From Candidatus Nanoarchaeia archaeon (GTDB taxonomy: Archaea > Nanobdellota > Nanobdellia > SCGC-AAA011-G17 > JAFCDX01): a stretch of DNA of 64,000 bases. The stretch covers positions 402,471 through 466,470 of the forward strand of contig JAQUOT010000001.1 in NCBI GenBank assembly GCA_028716945.1. The letters are read 5' to 3'. Below, piece by piece: positions 8,550-18,236 of this stretch. A program made the position numbers and the translations under genes. Within the stretch, counting starts at the first letter, position 1; each line of letters starts with the position of its first letter. A model generated the notes under the pieces. It worked only from the letters and a program-made list of their open reading frames with translations, ran no database searches and had not been told where the DNA came from.

Positions 8550-9635
8550 TTAATCTAAGAATTCTATACCTAATTCTTCTTCTATTTCTTTCTTTTTGCG
8601 TGTTTGAATAGATCTTTTAGGACCAAAAATTTGTGGACTCGAAACACCTGTAATTATCAACATTGTTCTTATGGTTTTATCCAAATCTTCTGAAATTTGA
8701 GCTCCCCATATGATTCTTGCATCTTCGTCTAGTTTTTCTGAGATACTTTCCACTATTTTTCTTGCTTCATCTAGAGTAAAGTCTGGTCCTCCAGTAATAT
8801 TTACTAAAGCACCTTCTGCACCAGAAATTTCAACATCTAGTAAAGGATTGTTTAATGCCTTTTCTACAGATTCAAGAGCTCTATTATCAGTATCAGACTC
8901 TCCTAGGCCTATTACTGCAACTCCACCTTTACCCATTACAGTTCTTATATCTGCAAAGTCAAGATTAACTAGGCCTGCTTTAGTTACAAGCTCTGTAATA
9001 CCTTTAACAGCATTGGTTAAGATTTCATCTGCAACTTTGAATGCGGTTTGTAATGGTAAATCAGGAGCTAACTCCAATAATTTATCGTTAGGAATAACAA
9101 TTAAAGTATCAACAATATTTTCTAATTTTTCTAAACCCATAACAGCATTTTCATATCTTCTTTGTCCTTCCATTGAGAAAGGTAAAGTAACAATAGCAAC
9201 AGTGAGTATACCCATTTTTTTAGCAATATCAGCAACAACAGGAGCACTTCCAGTACCAGTTCCTCCACCTAAACCACAAGTAATGAAAACCATATCGGCT
9301 CCTTGTAATGATTGTTTTATATCATGTTCAGATTCACGTGCAGCTTCTTCTCCAACTTGTGGAATACTTCCTGCACCCAATCCACCTGTTAACTCTTTCC
9401 CGATTAGAATTTTTACATCAGCATTTGTGTATAATAAATCTTGAGCATCAGTATTAAGAACAATAGTTTCAGCACCAACAATACCTACTTCATTAATTCT
9501 TGCAACAGTATTGTTACCTCCACCACCACATCCAATAACTTTGATTTTAGTTTTTTGAGCACTAACTAGCTTTTCAAGCTCTTCATCTACTGCAGAAGTC
9601 TTAACGTTAGTCCCAATGTTAACTTTGTAAGCCAT
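8550..9635 (-). CDS. ftsZ: Cell division protein FtsZ
   Basis: [23 protein letters not shown]. Confidence 0.98.
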   Translation of the reverse strand: MAYKVNIGTNVKTSAVDEELEKLVSAQKTKIKVIGCGGGGNNTVARINEVGIVGAETIVLNTDAQDLLYTNADVKILIGKELTGGLGAGSIPQVGEEAARESEHDIKQSLQGADMVFITCGLGGGTGTGSAPVVADIAKKMGILTVAIVTLPFSMEGQRRYENAVMGLEKLENIVDTLIVIPNDKLLELAPDLPLQTAFKVADEILTNAVKGITELVTKAGLVNLDFADIRTVMGKGGVAVIGLGESDTDNRALESVEKALNNPLLDVEISGAEGALVNITGGPDFTLDEARKIVESISEKLDEDARIIWGAQISEDLDKTIRTMLIITGVSSPQIFGPKRSIQTRKKKEIEEELGIEFLD

Positions 9636-9709
9636 TAATTCATCAACCCCGACTTTTTGATTATAAATTTATATTTAAACATATCTTTAGTAGAATATAT
9701 ATGTTGATT

Positions 9710-10396
9710 TTATTGTTTTTCACTAGCTTCTTTTTTTAGTAATGGTTTTATTTTTACTTCTTTGATTTCTGGAACTAATTGTTTTATTTTTTCTTCAAAA
9801 GCTTTCTTAAGAACTTCATTTTCCATGGGTGCGTGTAAATCTATCTCTGCTTTGTTATCCTTTAAATTGACTTTAAACATGTTTTCTTTGAGTCCTGTGA
9901 ACTTTAAACAAGCATCAACTTTTTCTTTTACATCATTAATTTTCTTCAAAATTTTAACTTTGTATAATAATTTCTTGCCTGCTAAAGGGTGGTTGAAATC
10001 TACAATTACACGTCCTCCAGAAACAGAACGAATAGTGCCTAACATTCCATCAAGGTTTAATTGTAATCCTGGAAAAGGTCTTATATTATTTTGTAAAAAA
10101 ACTTTCATACCAACTAATTGCAGGGCTTTTGGATTTTTATTTCCAAAACCTTCTTCTGCAGAAACTTCAAATTCATATTCTTTTCCGATTTCTTTGTCAA
10201 TTAAATTTTTATCTAAGCCTTTAATTATATTTTTTTCTCCAATACAAATAATTATTGGACCATATTTGAAATTTTTATTGTAAATATTATTCTTTTTAGC
10301 AATTTCTTCAGAAGTTAAATCAAAGATTTTTCTATCTTCTTTGATCATTCCTACATAATCTATTTCAATAAAATCTCCTTTTGTTACTTTTACCAT
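9710..10396 (-). CDS. FKBP-type peptidyl-prolyl isomerase (long archaeal SlyD-like)
   Basis: IEIDYVG, VDFNHPLAGK. Confidence 0.92.
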   Translation of the reverse strand: MVKVTKGDFIEIDYVGMIKEDRKIFDLTSEEIAKKNNIYNKNFKYGPIIICIGEKNIIKGLDKNLIDKEIGKEYEFEVSAEEGFGNKNPKALQLVGMKVFLQNNIRPFPGLQLNLDGMLGTIRSVSGGRVIVDFNHPLAGKKLLYKVKILKKINDVKEKVDACLKFTGLKENMFKVNLKDNKAEIDLHAPMENEVLKKAFEEKIKQLVPEIKEVKIKPLLKKEASEKQ

Positions 10397-10499
10397 TTTA
10401 AATTCGTTATATTTTCTATTTAAATAGGTTTCTTAGCTAGAAAATTTACTTTTTAGAGTATACAAAACCTTTATAAATAATCTTTTTATAAAAATTATT

Positions 10500-10889
10500 A
10501 TGGGAGAAATAAGATTAGTTGATGCAGGGTCAATAAAAGTAGGTAATTACATCATAATAGAGGGAGTTGCTTGCATAGTAAAAAGATTAGATGTTTCTAG
10601 GCCTGGAAAGCATGGACACGCTAAATGTAGAATAGAAGCATCGGGATTAATAGATGGAACTAAGAAAATTATTGTAAAACCTTCTCATGATACTATTGAA
10701 ATTCCAATTATTGAAAAAAAAGTAGCACAAGTATTAAGTATCAGCGATAATAAAGCAACAGTGATGGATTCAGTGTCGTATGAAACATTTGATATTATTA
10801 TACCTGAAGAATTCAAAGGAAAAATAAAAGAGGGAGAAGAAGTAGGTTATTGGGTTATACTTAACGATAAAGTATTTAAACCAAAATAA
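10500..10889 (+). CDS. eif5a: Translation factor aIF-5A
   Basis: Hypusine loop RPGKHGHAK. Confidence 0.96.
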   Translation: MGEIRLVDAGSIKVGNYIIIEGVACIVKRLDVSRPGKHGHAKCRIEASGLIDGTKKIIVKPSHDTIEIPIIEKKVAQVLSISDNKATVMDSVSYETFDIIIPEEFKGKIKEGEEVGYWVILNDKVFKPK

Positions 10890-10893
10890 AAAA

Positions 10894-11058
10894 ATGGTAA
10901 AATTTCCAGAAGCAGCTAGAAGACTTTTTGCAGGAGTATTCGTTTGTAGAAAATGCAAATCTAAAAAAAGAGCTCCTATACAAAAGATTTTACAAGGAAA
11001 AGTAATTTGTGGAAAATGTGGTAGTAGACACTTTAGACCTATTAAAAAAGGTAAGTAA
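10894..11058 (+). CDS. rpl40e: 50S ribosomal protein L40e
   Basis: Manual translation MVKFPEAARRLFAGVFVCRKCKSKKRAPIQKILQGKVICGKCGSRHFRPIKKGK; not in ORF track. Confidence 0.88.
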   Translation: MVKFPEAARRLFAGVFVCRKCKSKKRAPIQKILQGKVICGKCGSRHFRPIKKGK

Positions 11059-11060
11059 GA

Positions 11061-12245
11061 ATGAATTTAGATTTATTATTCGTAATCTTGTTTTTTTTGA
11101 TATTATTAGGAATTTATTTTAAATATAAGAATAAGTTTGAAGTCCAAAGCAAGGTTTTTGTTCTATATAAAACTAAATGGGGATTAAAATTGATGGATAA
11201 ACTTGCTAGTAAATTTCCTAGATTTTTAAAATATTTAAGTTATGTTTCTGTTTTCATTGGTTTTGCTGGAATGGTATTTATATTCTATTTTTTAATTATG
11301 GGGACTTATAATTTATTATTTATACCTAAATCTCAACCTTTACTTGCACCAGTACTTCCTGGAGTTAAAGTTGCTGGTTTACCTACTTTATCTTTCTTCC
11401 ATTGGATTATTGCAATATTATTTATAGCAGGAATTCATGAATTTTTTCATGGTGTTTATGCAAGGGCTGTTGGTGTAAAAATAAAATCTTCTGGATTTGC
11501 TTTTTTAGGACCAATTTTAGCAGCTTTTGTAGAACCTGATGAAAAACAACTTGCTAAAAAGAAAAAATTTGATCAATTAGCAGTATTTTCTGCAGGTCCT
11601 TTCATTAATATTATTGCGGCATTTTTAATTTTATTATGCACTTTATATATAGTAAATCCTGTAGCTTATAATTTTGTAGAACAAACAGGAGTTCAAGTTG
11701 TTTCTTTAGTTCCAGGAAATCCTGCAGAATTATCTGGAATAAAAGTAGGAGAAGAAATTAAATTCATAAATAATTTTTCTGTAAATAATATAGATGATTT
11801 TTCTAAATCTTTAGCAAATATTAAACCAAATGAAAAAATAATAATACAAACTTTAAATTCGACTTATACTTTAACTACAACACAAAATCCAAAAAATTCT
11901 AAAGAAGGATATTTAGGAATTTCTGTTTCAGCAAATAAAGTTGTTGCAAAAGGAAATTATGGAAATGTAACTGTTTTAATCTTAAATTGGATAATGAAAT
12001 TATTTTTCTGGTTGTATGCAATTAGTTTGGGTGTTGGATTATTTAATTTATTGCCTCTTGGTCCCGTCGATGGAGGAAGAATGTTCAATACAGGAATTTT
12101 ATATTTTATAAAAAATAAAAAGATAGCAAGAAAAGTTTATATTACTACAAGTTTATTTTGTTTATTATTAATTTTTATTAATTTATTTCCTTATTTAATA
12201 AAACTTCTTTTGTTTATAGTAAAACCAATTTTATTTTTAATTTAA
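11061..12245 (+). CDS. Site-2 intramembrane metalloprotease (M50) with PDZ domain
   Basis: HEFFH, AFVEPDE, AGPFIN, NLLPLGPVDGG. Confidence 0.92.
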   Translation: MNLDLLFVILFFLILLGIYFKYKNKFEVQSKVFVLYKTKWGLKLMDKLASKFPRFLKYLSYVSVFIGFAGMVFIFYFLIMGTYNLLFIPKSQPLLAPVLPGVKVAGLPTLSFFHWIIAILFIAGIHEFFHGVYARAVGVKIKSSGFAFLGPILAAFVEPDEKQLAKKKKFDQLAVFSAGPFINIIAAFLILLCTLYIVNPVAYNFVEQTGVQVVSLVPGNPAELSGIKVGEEIKFINNFSVNNIDDFSKSLANIKPNEKIIIQTLNSTYTLTTTQNPKNSKEGYLGISVSANKVVAKGNYGNVTVLILNWIMKLFFWLYAISLGVGLFNLLPLGPVDGGRMFNTGILYFIKNKKIARKVYITTSLFCLLLIFINLFPYLIKLLLFIVKPILFLI

Positions 12246-12393
12246 TTCTCCGACGGATAAAAATTTCTTAAATTTTTACAAAAATTAAATTTTTCCTCAA
12301 AAAATGCAAAATAGAAACATATTTAAATGATTTTATACAACAATATAATATAAGTTTTTAAAATTTGTTTGGGAAAAGAGGTGAAAAAAACAA

Positions 12394-12462
12394 ATGGCAA
12401 AAAGAAAAAAGGCAAAGAAAAGAAGTGCTAAAAAATCTAGCAAAAAGAAAAAGAGAAGATAA
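12394..12462 (+). CDS. 22-aa highly basic peptide MAKRKKAKKRSAKKSSKKKKRR
   Basis: SD GAGGTGA at 12378-12384, TATA-like TTTAAA upstream, T-rich tract after the stop. Confidence 0.65.
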   Translation: MAKRKKAKKRSAKKSSKKKKRR

Positions 12463-12485
12463 TTTTTTATTTTCTTTTTCTTTTT

Positions 12486-13091
12486 TTATATTATGATTAT
12501 TTGTCCTGGACTTCCTGTGTTTATTATCAGTGAAGTTCCAATTTTATCCATTGTTCTTGCAGTATCATGAAAATGTCCACACAAAACTAATTTTGGTTGA
12601 ATTTCCTCAATAAAATTTCTTATAGCTTTATTTCCTTGGTGTCCTAAATTAGATAAATAATCTGTTTTCGTTTTGTAAACTGGAGCATGTACAACTAAAA
12701 TTATTTTTTTATTTGGATTCTCTTTAATGTATTTTTTAAATTTTTTAGCTAGATCCTCAAAATCTTGATCTTCTATTGAAAAACCTCCTCCACCATAACC
12801 AAAAAAACAATAATCATTTATTTCATAACAGCCCCTATCTATATCTACTGCAAATTTAAATTTTTTACACAATTCATGAATTTCTTTATCAGTTTCATGA
12901 TTTCCAGGGATAATTAACATTGGAATTTTTAGATTTTCAAGAGTTTTAAAAATATCAATTATATGTCTACCAAAATCAGAAATATCTCCTGCACAAACTA
13001 AAAAATCAGGCTTTTCTTTTTTAGAAATTTCTATAATTTTTTTCAAGTCGTGTGTATTGCTGTGTAAATCTACAAATGCTAATAATTTCAT
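12486..13091 (-). CDS. Calcineurin-like metallophosphoesterase
   Basis: DLH, GD, GNHE, H, GHFH motifs. Confidence 0.9.
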   Translation of the reverse strand: MKLLAFVDLHSNTHDLKKIIEISKKEKPDFLVCAGDISDFGRHIIDIFKTLENLKIPMLIIPGNHETDKEIHELCKKFKFAVDIDRGCYEINDYCFFGYGGGGFSIEDQDFEDLAKKFKKYIKENPNKKIILVVHAPVYKTKTDYLSNLGHQGNKAIRNFIEEIQPKLVLCGHFHDTARTMDKIGTSLIINTGSPGQIIII

Positions 13092-13123
13092 AGAAATAAG
13101 AAAATAAAAAAGATTTAATAAGC

Positions 13124-13228
13124 TTATGCTTCTAAGTAACCTTTCATAAATGCTGCTTCGTTAAGTCCGATGCCATCTTCTTCAAGCTTTTCATCTATAT
13201 AATCTTCAGAGTACATATCTTCTCTCAT
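13124..13228 (-). CDS. 34-aa acidic small protein MREDMYSEDYIDEKLEEDGIGLNEAAFMKGYLEA
   Basis: SD GAGGTGA 5 nt before ATG; not in ORF track. Confidence 0.7.
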   Translation of the reverse strand: MREDMYSEDYIDEKLEEDGIGLNEAAFMKGYLEA

Positions 13229-13325
13229 TGTAATCACCTCTTTTATCAGTAGGTAAGGTTTTAATCATATTACTGACAATTCTAGTTATTGCTTCTTGGT
13301 CCATTTCTTGTGGGATTATTCTCAT
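13206..13325 (-). CDS. 39-aa small protein MRIIPQEMDQEAITRIVSNMIKTLPTDKRGDYNERRYVL
   Basis: SD AGGAGGT before ATG; TATA-like TTTATAA near 13370-13377; overlaps the next small ORF. Confidence 0.5.
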   Translation of the reverse strand: MRIIPQEMDQEAITRIVSNMIKTLPTDKRGDYNERRYVL

Positions 13326-13488
13326 TTTTTACCTCCTTTTTTGTTTCTAAATAGTAAAGAGAAATTTACCTTATAAACCTCACACGCACATCTCGCAAGT
13401 TGCAATTTGATGTAATATATATTTTATAGAATATACTTTTTAATTAAAAATGACTCATAAATGTCTTTAGTAAGGATTATATGAACCT

Positions 13489-14553
13489 TTAGAACTCATT
13501 TAGTTTTTTTACAGTTCCGTAAGTTACAATATTTGACTTGCCAGGACCTTCTTTATCTTTTGTAGAAATATTTCCTATTCTCTCTAATTGTTTTATTCTA
13601 TCAAAGAAAGTTCTATATGGAACTTGACCATATCTCTTTTCATAAATTTCATGTAATTCTTTAATTGATTTTCCCGAATTTTCTTTTACTAAAGAAAGAG
13701 TTATTTTTTGATCTTCTGTTAATTCTGTAGAATCTTTTAATTTGTAAGCTTTTAAATTTTCTATTATTTTAGTAGCATGCTCATTCTTAATTTTTTTAGA
13801 AGATGTATTCTCAGCCAAAACTCCTGCTTCTTTCATTAAATGTAATCCTGTTCTTATATCTTTTAATTCATAAGATTTTTTTACTATATTTTCAAAAGCT
13901 ACTTCTTCCCAAACATTTTTAGCGAATGCAAAATCTCTTCTTTCTTTCAATATACTTTTAGTTTCTTCAAAATTGTAAGGTCTGAATACTAAAGCATCTA
14001 ATAATAATCTTGATTTTATTCTAGGGTCTAATTCAGAGATATAATTTTCGTCGTTAGTAATTAAAATAATTGATTTTTTATTTATTTCTTCAAATAAATT
14101 ATAAATTACTCCAGGTTCTTGTAATTTATCTGCTTCATCAAATACAAAAACGGCAGCTTTTTTATTAATTATTGCTGCAACATTATTCATTAATTCATCT
14201 GTTTTTTTGTTGTGCGTGAAAGTATAACCTAGCTGTTCACAAATATAATTTACAATTTTAAAACTGGTATCATGTTTCCAACAATTTATAAAAATAGGAT
14301 AAATATCATTGGTTTCTTGTTTTAATTCTCTGAGAACCCATTTAATTGCAGCAGTTTTTCCTATTCCTGGTTTTCCTGTTATAAATAAATTTCTTCCACT
14401 TCTTTCTTGTAATAATGGTTTAATGCAAGTTGCAACATACTGTTGTTCGTTTTCTCTATGTTTTAGAACTTTTGGAATATAATCAAAATCTAGTGCAATT
14501 TCATCTAAGAATAAACTCTCGTCTCCCTTTAAGATATTATCAAACAACCCCAT
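13489..14553 (-). CDS. cdc6: Orc1/Cdc6 replication initiator
   Basis: Walker A GKPGIGKT, INCW, Walker B FDEAD, LDPRIKSRL, C-terminal winged helix. Confidence 0.93.
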   Translation of the reverse strand: MGLFDNILKGDESLFLDEIALDFDYIPKVLKHRENEQQYVATCIKPLLQERSGRNLFITGKPGIGKTAAIKWVLRELKQETNDIYPIFINCWKHDTSFKIVNYICEQLGYTFTHNKKTDELMNNVAAIINKKAAVFVFDEADKLQEPGVIYNLFEEINKKSIILITNDENYISELDPRIKSRLLLDALVFRPYNFEETKSILKERRDFAFAKNVWEEVAFENIVKKSYELKDIRTGLHLMKEAGVLAENTSSKKIKNEHATKIIENLKAYKLKDSTELTEDQKITLSLVKENSGKSIKELHEIYEKRYGQVPYRTFFDRIKQLERIGNISTKDKEGPGKSNIVTYGTVKKLNEF

Positions 14554-14634
14554 ATTTAATTAGGTATATTTTAACTTTATAAAGATTGTTATAAAAATAA
14601 CAGATTTTATATTCTTTTCTTATATAGTTAAATT

Positions 14635-15666
14635 ATGATAGAAATAAAACCAGAAATAGTTGTATGGGAGTATACTTTAAAATGTAATTCTAAATGTCTT
14701 CATTGTGGTTCTAGTGCTGGACATTCAAGAAAAAACGAATTAACAAAAGAAGAAGATTTAGATTTAGTTGACCAAATTAAAAGAATAGGTTTTAAAAAAA
14801 TAATCTTGTCTGGGGGAGAACCTACATTAAAAAAAGATTGGATAACTGTTGCAGAAAAAATAAAAGAAAAAGAGATAGATTTAGGAATAATAAGTAATGG
14901 TCTTGCTTGGAATAAAAATACAGTTGGTGCTTTGGTTGCTTTAGAACCTTTTTCAATAGGGTTTAGTGTGGATGGAACAAAAAATTTGCATGATTATATG
15001 CGGGGAGTTCCAGGATCTTATAATAAAATTTTTAATAATATATCAACACTAAAAGAAAAAAATCAGGTTGTTTGTGCAATTACTTCTGTAAACAAATTAA
15101 ATTTAGAACAATTATCTGATATAAGAACCGCATTAGTAGTATATGGAATTGATGCTTGGCAAATACAACTAGCTTCTCCTATGGGAAGAATGTCTAAAAA
15201 TAAAAATTTAGTTCTTAACGAAAAAGAATATTATGAACTTGGAAAATTTGTTGTAGAAACAAGAGAGATGTTAAAACAAATAAATATTGGTGCAGGAGAT
15301 TGTATAGGTTATTATGGTTTTTTAGAAAGAAGGCTAAGAGATACAGAATGGCAGGGTTGTCATGCCGGATTAAAAGGATTAGGAATTGATTCTGATGGAA
15401 CAGTTAGGGGTTGTTTATCCATGAGGTCTAAGAAAGCTGTCGAAGGCAATATAAGAACAGATAGTTTAGAAAATATATGGAAAAATACAACAAAATTTAA
15501 ATATAACAGAGACTTTAATGTTAATAATTTAAAAGGCAACTGTAAAGGTTGTGAATATGGAATACAATGCAAGGGGGGCTGTCAAAGTCAATCACTAGCA
15601 TTTTTTGATGAATTTCATAAAGCACCTTATTGTCTATCTAACTATGAAAAAAATGGAAAAGAGTAA
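14635..15666 (+). CDS. Radical SAM/SPASM domain protein (peptide-maturase-like)
   Basis: CNSKCLHC, SGGEP, SPASM cysteines CHAG..GCLS..CKGC..CKGGC..YC. Confidence 0.92.
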   Translation: MIEIKPEIVVWEYTLKCNSKCLHCGSSAGHSRKNELTKEEDLDLVDQIKRIGFKKIILSGGEPTLKKDWITVAEKIKEKEIDLGIISNGLAWNKNTVGALVALEPFSIGFSVDGTKNLHDYMRGVPGSYNKIFNNISTLKEKNQVVCAITSVNKLNLEQLSDIRTALVVYGIDAWQIQLASPMGRMSKNKNLVLNEKEYYELGKFVVETREMLKQINIGAGDCIGYYGFLERRLRDTEWQGCHAGLKGLGIDSDGTVRGCLSMRSKKAVEGNIRTDSLENIWKNTTKFKYNRDFNVNNLKGNCKGCEYGIQCKGGCQSQSLAFFDEFHKAPYCLSNYEKNGKE

Positions 15667-16708
15667 AGTATAATTATATGAAGTAGACCAAGGACGTAAT
15701 CTAGTTCCTATCATCCAAACTTGTCTCGAAGAACACAAAGTTCTTATTTCTAATGGGAAAATTACTGTTCCGATGTTTTTAGTACAAGAAAATGTATTTG
15801 GAAATTTATTTAATGATTTTACCCAAGTTTATTCTGAAAAAGATGGTTTTAAATTAGAACTTGCTAAAAAATTAATGGCAGATAAACAATTTTTACAAAC
15901 TTATGGTCTTTTAATTGATCCAGATTTAAAATATAGTTACGCTTTTAATAGAAAATTTGCAGATTATGATCCTAAAAATAAAAAAATTGTTTTTAAAACC
16001 TCTGAAGAAATTTTACTTAATTTAATGTCTAATTTAGAAGAAATGGCACAAGGTAAAAAAGAAAGAGGATTAGTTGAATTTCATTTTGGACTAGATCAAC
16101 AAACACGGCCTATTGATGTTGTCCCAGAGGACGATAATGATGATAATGGTGTGGGGGATTTAATTATAAAATATTCTTTAATAGGAGATAAGAATTCGCA
16201 TAAGCTTCCAAAAACTTCTAAAGCAATGCAATTAACCTTTGAAAAACCTTCTTTATTAGAAAGAATAGAATCTAATTATCGGGATGGAAGATTAATTAAA
16301 TTGAATGTGATAATTGATGGACAAGTTAAAACCGAAGATTTCTTTTTAACAGAAACCTCATATCAAACAAATACTTTTGATGATTTTATAAAAACATATG
16401 CTAATAGTATTGATAGTTTTAAAATACAAACTGCAAAGCAAGTATTTGGAGAAACAAAAAAAGAAAATGGATATGGTTTAATCTTAACAACTGATTTACA
16501 GATAATATTTGCATTTAATAAAGCGTTCGCAAATTATAATCCAGAATCAAAAACCGTCGTTTATATTCCTGCTGAAAAATTATTATTAAATTCTTTCAAA
16601 GAAAAATTTGATAAGCCTACTTTTTCTATTACCACAAAACCTTCTGGATTAGGAGGACAGGGTGGTCCATTAATAAGGTATGCTTTGATAGGTAAAAAAG
16701 AAAATTAA
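15653..16708 (+). pseudogene. Two-repeat protein coupled to the radical SAM gene; in-frame TAA at codon 7 (15671-15673); downstream ATG at 15773 gives the 311-aa ORF
   Basis: MEKSKV*LYEVDQGRNLVPIIQ... is in frame with 15773; the two halves of the protein align with each other. Confidence 0.65.
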
Positions 16709-17058
16709 ATTTCTTCTATTCCATCCTTTGTTAGTGCAGTAAGCCTTATTCCAACTCCCAACCTCAATAAAGCAGATAGAATAGCCATATGCTCTTTTCC
16801 TATACCCGAAACCAAGTTTAAAGCAACTTCACTCTTTAATTTACCATTTAATTGATTTTGTATAGAATCTCTGAGTTCTTTAAGACCTTGATTTGAATCT
16901 GCAATTATAAATTCACAATTCTTTTTTGGATGAAAATTTTCTTTACCAAATTCATTTGTAATTAAATAGATATTTTCCCATTCTGAATCTTCTATCAATC
17001 TATTTACATGACCCCAAGTACCTTTTCCAGAACTTAGACAAGCAACTAATTGTACCAT
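16705..17058 (-). CDS. Conserved hypothetical protein (Rossmann-like, possibly CARF-related)
   Basis: VACLSSGKGTWGHV and VALNLVSGIGKEHMA motifs. Confidence 0.7.
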   Translation of the reverse strand: MVQLVACLSSGKGTWGHVNRLIEDSEWENIYLITNEFGKENFHPKKNCEFIIADSNQGLKELRDSIQNQLNGKLKSEVALNLVSGIGKEHMAILSALLRLGVGIRLTALTKDGIEEI

Positions 17059-17169
17059 AACTAAAATTTGAAATATTTACTTATAAATCTTGTTCTTATC
17101 GAATATATATTTTGTAGTCGATTATTTAGAAAACTAAAAATATTTAAATCCTCGAGGATACCAATAATC

Positions 17170-17622
17170 ATGGTAAAAAAGAGGCTAATTGCCAAAGACA
17201 TTCCTTTTGCAGAAATTACTTTAAGAAAATACGAAAAACCAGGAAAATTACCAAAAAGAGAGTTGATAAGAAAATTATGTTTATCTTCTGGATTATTACA
17301 ACCTGGAGATTCAAGAGATATTATTGTTGATATATTATTTGTATTAACAAATTCTAAAACTGCTATAACCTCTGAAGAAATTAAATCTATGGTTATACAA
17401 ACTAGAAAAAAGAATAAATTACAACTAAAAGGGATTGCTTCTTCAAATATTAGAAGACAATTAAAGAGATTAAAAACAATGTTTTTAGTAGAAAAATACA
17501 ACGAAGGATATAGAATTACCGAAGATGAAAAATTAATTACATTATTCGAAGAAAAAATAGAAAAATATTATTTAAATTCAATAATTTCGAGAGTAAAAGA
17601 ATATTATGGAGCAATAAAATAA
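17170..17622 (+). CDS. Winged-helix transcriptional regulator-like protein
   Basis: SSGLLQPGDSRD, GIASSNIRRQLKRLK..FLVEK; ATG 17170 preferred over TTG 17068. Confidence 0.75.
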   Translation: MVKKRLIAKDIPFAEITLRKYEKPGKLPKRELIRKLCLSSGLLQPGDSRDIIVDILFVLTNSKTAITSEEIKSMVIQTRKKNKLQLKGIASSNIRRQLKRLKTMFLVEKYNEGYRITEDEKLITLFEEKIEKYYLNSIISRVKEYYGAIK

Positions 17623-17623
17623 A

Positions 17624-18199
17624 ATGGTAAAAGATCCTGGAGAAGATTCATATTTCTTAAGCGAATATGTTAAAAAATATGCATTTGGAAATGTTCTTGA
17701 TATGGGAACAGGTTCTGGAGTGCAATCAGAAGCAGCAAAACAAAATAAGCAAGTAAAATCTATATTGGCTGTAGATGTAGATAAAGATGCTATTCATCAT
17801 GTAAAGAAAAAAGGATTTGATGTAAGACATTCAAATTTATTTTCTAAGATAGATCCAAAAGAAAAATTTGATTTTGTAATATTCAATGCTCCGTATATGC
17901 CAGATTCTGATAAAGGTGTTAATGATAATGTAAGTTCTCTATTTAAGAATTCTGGTGGGGTTTATGGTTTTATTTTATTAGATAAATTTTTATCAGATGC
18001 AGTAAATCACTTAAATCCAAATGGAAGAGTTTTAATCGCTTGTTCTTCTTTAATTGGAGATATAGAAAAATTATTCATGAAGTATAATTTAAAATATTCT
18101 AAGCTTGGAACTAAAAAATTATTCTTTGATGAGTTTTGGGTATATATGGCTGGTTTTACAGCAGAAGATTTTCCTAATAAAGGAGATTACCCTTTCTAA
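17624..18199 (+). CDS. HemK2/PrmC-family methyltransferase
   Basis: PGEDSYFL, LDMGTGSG, FNAPY (variant of NPPY). Confidence 0.85.
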   Translation: MVKDPGEDSYFLSEYVKKYAFGNVLDMGTGSGVQSEAAKQNKQVKSILAVDVDKDAIHHVKKKGFDVRHSNLFSKIDPKEKFDFVIFNAPYMPDSDKGVNDNVSSLFKNSGGVYGFILLDKFLSDAVNHLNPNGRVLIACSSLIGDIEKLFMKYNLKYSKLGTKKLFFDEFWVYMAGFTAEDFPNKGDYPF

Positions 18200-18236
18200 A
18201 CAAACATTTAAATATTTTTTTGTATAAATTAATATT

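Noticed and set aside
8710-9444. 244-aa plus-strand ORF, and similar ORFs at 3-302, 9762-10283, 17061-17501, 18505-18990, 44550-44993, 55968-56306
   Set aside because: Antisense shadows of well-supported genes, with no motifs of their own.
13330-13488. Replication origin next to cdc6
   Set aside because: AT-rich, but no repeated ORB or mini-ORB elements were seen. A single TCCGACGGA dyad near 12248 is not enough.
15671-15673. Stop-codon reassignment or readthrough
   Set aside because: TAA ends most genes in the window, so a point mutation or sequencing error is more likely.
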